Assembly: GCA_035315185.1 (NCBI GenBank)
Contig: DATFYE010000113.1
Span: forward strand, 14,202-78,201
Source: Syntrophorhabdales bacterium
Lineage (GTDB): Bacteria > Desulfobacterota > Syntrophorhabdia > Syntrophorhabdales > WCHB1-27
Reading direction: 5' to 3'
Length of the DNA: 64,000 nucleotides
Shown: positions 62,414 through 64,000 of the stretch, piece after piece
Numbering within the stretch: the stretch's first letter is position 1
How the letters are laid out: the number at the start of each line of letters is the position of its first letter
The notes under the pieces: generated by a model
The model's database searches: none
Told to the model about the DNA's origin: nothing
The model's input: only the letters and a program-made list of their open reading frames with translations
Translations under genes and position numbers: made by a program

Positions 62414-64000
62414 ATGCCAAGGATAAGAATCACCACCCTGACCGATAAGATGAAGGATGAACAGGTCTTATCGAAGCTCAAGAGCATCGGCGCCAAAACA
62501 AAGGATAAAGAGAAGGCAGGCGCAGAAGAGGCTCACGAAGATGCGAAAGAAAAGCTTAGCGCCAGCGGCGAGAAAATTGTAGAGAAACGAGTTGCTTCTA
62601 CCGTCATCAGAAGACGGGTCCAGCCACCGCCTCCTCCACCACCTGAACCGGTTGTAGAAAAAATAATAGAAGAGGCAAAGCCTGTTGAAGAAGCTGCGGT
62701 CACCAAGCCGACGACGAAGCGAAGGGCGCCGTCCAAGAAGGCTCTCGCGGAAGCCGCGGCTGCCGAACCTGCACAGGTTGTAACAGAAGCAGCGCCTTCT
62801 CCCGCGGCGGAGACGGTGAGTGTACCGACTCGCGAGGCAGAAGAGAAGCTCGTGCGTGAAGCTGGAGCCGCGGAACCTGCAAGGCCCACGGAAGGGATTG
62901 CCAAGGAAGAGCAGGCCAAGCCCGAGGTAGAGACCATAGGTGAGGAAAAGAAACAGGAGATTACCAGGGCGCTGGAAGAGGTTTATAAACAGGATCTCGA
63001 GAAAGAATTCAAGCTGGTAGAGGAAGAACCCGAGGAAGAGAAGAAACGCAAGAAGGCAGAACGGCTCCTCAAAAAAATCGAAGAAGAGGAGCTGGAAGCA
63101 ACCACAACCAAAAAGAAAGGACTCCTCAAACGAAAAGTGGTCATACGCGAAGAAGACTTGTACGCCTTCAGACGCCGGGGCGGTAAAACCCTTCCCTTCA
63201 GGAAAACCAGGGGTGGGAGAGCCGAGGCAAGAGCTGAAGATGAGGCAAGACCTGAGTTGAGAATTGTCAGGAAAGCGGTTAAGATTGCCGATCAGATTCA
63301 GGTTGGAGAATTGGCAAAACGCCTAAGCGTCAAAGCGCAGGACGTGATTGCGAGACTGCTTTCCCTCGGCACCATTTCGAATATCAATCAGTCGATCGAT
63401 TATGAAACAGCGTCGCTCGTGGCGCAAGACCTCGGTTTTGAGGTGGAGCGGGTATTCTCCATGGAAGAGCAGTTCCAGGCCAGGGAGACAGAAGCCAGAG
63501 AATCTGAGGAGAAGGAGCAGTTGAAGGGCCGGCCCCCGGTTGTCACCATCATGGGCCACGTCGACCATGGAAAAACCCTTCTCCTGGATACGATCAGGAA
63601 TACTAACGTCGCAGAACATGAAGCAGGCGGTATAACCCAGCATATCGGCGCCTACCTGGCCCGGGTACATGACAAAGAGATTGCTTTTCTGGATACCCCA
63701 GGCCACGAGGCTTTCACCGCGATGCGGGCCCGTGGTGCACTGGTGACTGACATCGTCGTCCTCGTAGTCGCTGCTGACGACGGGGTCATGCCCCAGACTA
63801 TAGAGGCCATCAATCACGCAAGAGCGGCTAATGTTCCCATCATCGTTGCGGTCAACAAGATAGACAAACCAAACGCAAATCCCGAGAAAGTGATGAAGGA
63901 ACTGGCAGAGCACGGCCTGATCCCGGAAGAATGGGGCGGGACAACTCTCATGGCAAAAATATCGGCCAAGAAAAAAACAGGAATCAACGAGCTTCTGGAG
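62414..64000 (+). CDS. infB: Translation initiation factor IF-2 (partial, continues beyond the window)
   Basis: The ATG at 62414 opens a frame that stays open to 64000 (529 codons). Lys/Glu/Ala-rich N-terminus, then G-domain [21 protein letters not shown]. Not in the ORF track because there is no stop in the window. Confidence 0.9.
   Translation, partial: MPRIRITTLTDKMKDEQVLSKLKSIGAKTKDKEKAGAEEAHEDAKEKLSASGEKIVEKRVASTVIRRRVQPPPPPPPEPVVEKIIEEAKPVEEAAVTKPTTKRRAPSKKALAEAAAAEPAQVVTEAAPSPAAETVSVPTREAEEKLVREAGAAEPARPTEGIAKEEQAKPEVETIGEEKKQEITRALEEVYKQDLEKEFKLVEEEPEEEKKRKKAERLLKKIEEEELEATTTKKKGLLKRKVVIREEDLYAFRRRGGKTLPFRKTRGGRAEARAEDEARPELRIVRKAVKIADQIQVGELAKRLSVKAQDVIARLLSLGTISNINQSIDYETASLVAQDLGFEVERVFSMEEQFQARETEARESEEKEQLKGRPPVVTIMGHVDHGKTLLLDTIRNTNVAEHEAGGITQHIGAYLARVHDKEIAFLDTPGHEAFTAMRARGALVTDIVVLVVAADDGVMPQTIEAINHARAANVPIIVAVNKIDKPNANPEKVMKELAEHGLIPEEWGGTTLMAKISAKKKTGINELLE

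Overview
This 64-kb bacterial window is mosaic. By gene content it looks like an anaerobic Deltaproteobacteria-like or Nitrospirota-like genome, but taxon is not determinable from sequence alone.

Housekeeping anchors:
- an AtpZ-like gene and tRNA-Lys(CUU) at the left edge
- cspA and the HU gene
- rimP-nusA-infB at the right edge

Ordinary operons:
- a three-subunit xanthine-dehydrogenase-family molybdoenzyme with a fused OYE/GltD flavoprotein, a RidA-family gene and a DUF1847-like gene (19.5-27.0 kb)
- an AcrA/AcrB/OprM-type RND efflux operon (27.1-32.9 kb)
- nucleotide-sugar and envelope genes (33.8-36.2 kb and 56.7-60.2 kb)

Two accessory regions stand out.

1. 38.5-56.6 kb is a composite RiPP-like supercluster. 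It carries five radical SAM/SPASM enzymes (one fused to an HPr-kinase-like P-loop domain) and a B12-binding radical SAM-TPR protein. It also has three PqqD/RRE elements, one of them fused to a eukaryote-type PRMT methyltransferase with double-E and THW loops. The rest of the set is two paralogous S24/S26-like peptidases, an ABC exporter, and an 86-aa Cys-rich candidate precursor. A four-helix-bundle (23S rRNA IVS-type) gene flanked by inverted 9-bp-periodic repeats interrupts the cluster, and hairpin-rich direct repeats bracket part of it.

2. 11-18 kb is an AT-richer, defence-island-like stretch. It holds a GHKL ATPase fused to a Shedu-like PD-(D/E)xK nuclease, apparently co-transcribed with a gamma-glutamylcyclotransferase. 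Two further stand-alone PD-(D/E)xK proteins and several small membrane or zinc-ribbon proteins sit nearby.

Other observations:
- a duplicated two-gene module, one copy of which is split by about 2.9 kb carrying a truncated histidine kinase
- several dispersed short repeats
- a GC-rich tannase-like esterase gene

All functional calls rest on motif recognition by eye. No searches were run.
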